Below the pieces are notes generated by a model. The model did not search any database. It was not told the DNA's origin and saw nothing but the letters and a program-made list of their open reading frames with translations. 64,000 nt of DNA from Podarcis melisellensis (Eukaryota): assembly GCA_964234715.1 (NCBI GenBank), contig OZ174277.1. One strand, written 5' to 3'. The position numbers and the translations under genes are program-made. Numbering within the stretch: position 1 is the stretch's first letter; the number at the start of each line of letters is the position of its first letter. Positions 61,414-64,000 of the stretch are shown here, piece by piece.

Positions 61414-64000
61414 TTGACAGCTTAGCTCCCAGATGCTCAGTGCCAGAAAGGGGCTATGTTGGGTTTTGAAGGTGGGTTCAATCTGATGCTTTTGAATATT
61501 TAATGCTAAGAACATTTGAGAAGTTGTGGAATGTTTCCAGCCCATAAATTTTACAGGGAAGAGAATTAGCCGATAATAAAGATAGACTTGGGAAACGATG
61601 AGGTCCAATGTTGCACGACCACAGTTATTATATAGCATAGTGTGATGATGGTGGAGGACACATTGATTGATTTTTGTAGTGGAAAAGGATATTCGGAATG
61701 TTCTTCAGGTTGTAATCATAATTCTGTGCGGATTGTAAGATTAAGGTTTTAAATGGAGAATGCTCTAAGATTTCAAAGACTTCGATCTGCAGTAGATTAC
61801 ACCTAAACTATGCAAGAAATTGCTAGCTGGGCAATTACAAAAAGGAAATGTTTGTAGTTACTCATGTTGCATGTACTGCTGCATGTTTAGTGCATGTGGA
61901 TTATCTGAAACTGACTTGAAAGTGTTGCCTGTTTAACTATCAAGCTACTGTAAATTTTCATCACTGGCTCTTAAATAACAATCTAGACAGAAATCCACAT
62001 GGCTATATTAAATGTTAACCTGAAACTGCATGCATAATGTGAGAGGTCATCACACATGTTTCAAATACTCTGTAGTGAGAATTACATGTGAGAATTTCAG
62101 GACAGAGCAGCTTATGTTTTAAGTACTACTTGTTACTAGTGAGCGGAGATTGCATAGATGAGATGTGAAAGTACACAGTTACTTTTTGATTCTGGAAACG
62201 TAACCAGGTTATGTATACAACAGTAGATACCCCAACTTAGTCCTAAAGCCTTCCCCAAATCACCACAGTGCATACACTCAAGCTCATTGATTAGAAAACT
62301 TTGCTGGGTTGTGGATTTTAATGAAAGCAGCTCCCTCAAGAGGGATTCTCATGTCACATTACTCTGGATTGATTTTAATTTGAATTAAAAATAATTTTAT
62401 TTTCTCTAACCACAATTTTTCTCTTCTTTTGTTCGTGGTTCCTGGAATTAGCAATTTTGCTTCTGTTCTTTATATTAGTACGTGGGAAACACTGGGCAAG
62501 TCACGATAACGATCCAAGATTATTTATTTAATTTTACATTCAACACATACAGTGTTTTTTAAAAAAAATAAGAAAGGGGGAAAGGTCTAGTATATCATTA
62601 TAACGATTATTAACAGTTAATTACATTTTTTTACCGTACTGTATTTTGTATAAACGAGTTCCAAATTTCATTATACTTGGCCATGCAACGTCTTAATGAT
62701 CCCATGTTAAAAACCAACCTTCTCCTTCTTCCCAAAGTGAAGGGCATTCCTGCTCAAATCTTAAGGAGTGATACCGAGCTGAATAGGAAATGTCTAAGGG
62801 TACGTAGCAGCAGAATAGTGTAACACATGCCTGGGCTTTACATTAGTCCTGCTTCTGTTTTGTGCCAGTCTTGTGTCCCTGTTTTATCTGGCTATGTAGT
62901 AGAATGGTGGCAGCTCCCTGGAGTGAGGGACCGGTTTTGGAAGCTGGTTAGCTGGTCCCGTCTTTCTGAGAAGCCACCCCAATATAGTTCTGTGAATGGC
63001 AAATATGTTGCTGCTACCATGACAAACCACCTGAGCTCCACTAGATGGTATGACAGAGGGAAGCAGGGGGTTTAGGTTGCAATGTAAAGTAGGGCTGAAG
63101 AGCCTGCCCAATATTGGATTCCAGGTCCCATCAGTCACAGCCAGAACGGCTAATGTTCAAGGATGCGAGTCCAACATTTGCAGGGCCACATCTTCCTCAT
63201 TCCTGATAAAAGAGGTGGATCAATTAAATGCATTTTATTTCCATAAGGCTTTGACGGGATCTCCTGCTTAATAGTAAACATATTGCAGAGAAAGTTGCGG
63301 AAGCCATCTGGTGGCCAGCACAGGAATAGCCTCTTTCTAGGAAAACAGCTGCACAACTCAGTTTGAGTACATATGTGAATGGCAAGGGTAGATAGCTGCT
63401 ATCAGGAAGAAAAAAAAGTATATGTTCTGTCTAGTATATCAACCTGATTTTTATTTTCTGCATACCTGCCTATGAATTGGGTCATGTGTGCTTCTAGTTT
63501 CCAGAAATACCTTTTCTTTGAAGTGAAGACTTCCTCTAATATCATGCACTCTGCCAATCAGTGACTGGGTATTTCTAGCCATTCAGTGTCCACAGTGGAG
63601 TGCTGAATGTCAACAGCATAATATTGGGTTTTAGATCAGGCATTATAGACTACGGGGGCCTTTAGTTCTGTGCCAATCCCTGAATTTGCTGGTGGACCCT
63701 TTTGTGGAGGGGATAGGGTTTTCTCCCCCCTTCTCCTTCTGCTCCTCCTTTCTGCTATGGGAATAGCCATGTGTGTTTACAGTTCACATTGAGTCTTGAT
63801 CCAGCTAAAGTTTGTAATTACCAAATGCCCCTGAAACTGGTGGAACAAGTTACAATGAAATAAAACCTGTTTGGAAAACAATGTGGGTTAGTTCCCACCA
63901 AGTTTGGCTCAGAGCAGGCCAACTGAACTTGATTACCCAAGTTAGTAATGGCTATTAATTTCAATGGGTCAGCTCTGTCTTACAATGGGAACTGCCTTGT

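Noticed and set aside
58885-64000. Search for the AGPAT4 terminal exon (expected ...SVGVRWMIGVTEI...)
   Set aside because: No matching sequence found by eye; presumed beyond the window.

Overview
Vertebrate (squamate, most likely lacertid lizard, inferred from the Sauria-SINE/BovB/MITE content) genomic DNA. The + strand carries the last three coding exons of PRKN (parkin; 3848-11734) and, downstream, seven coding exons of AGPAT4 (38534-58884; the last exon lies beyond the window). This matches the PRKN-AGPAT4 order known from other amniotes. The most unusual element is a compact endogenous retrovirus on the - strand (~17930-20370). It has a tRNA-Trp PBS of the avian leukosis virus type fused directly to the last ~60 codons of a betaretrovirus-like integrase, so gag-pro-pol is deleted. 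Its env combines an intact ~98-aa HERV-K Rec/MMTV Rem-like signal peptide with an alpharetrovirus-type SU/TM (one stop, one frameshift). Two long hairpin-forming repeats follow env before the PPT. Other notable items are a tandemly duplicated CpG-island promoter and non-coding first exon for AGPAT4 (only the distal copy has an upstream ATG), a fully reconstructable twin-primed inverted L1 with TSDs, a solo LTR, and several nested or stacked transposon insertions. Most short ORFs in the track are spurious.
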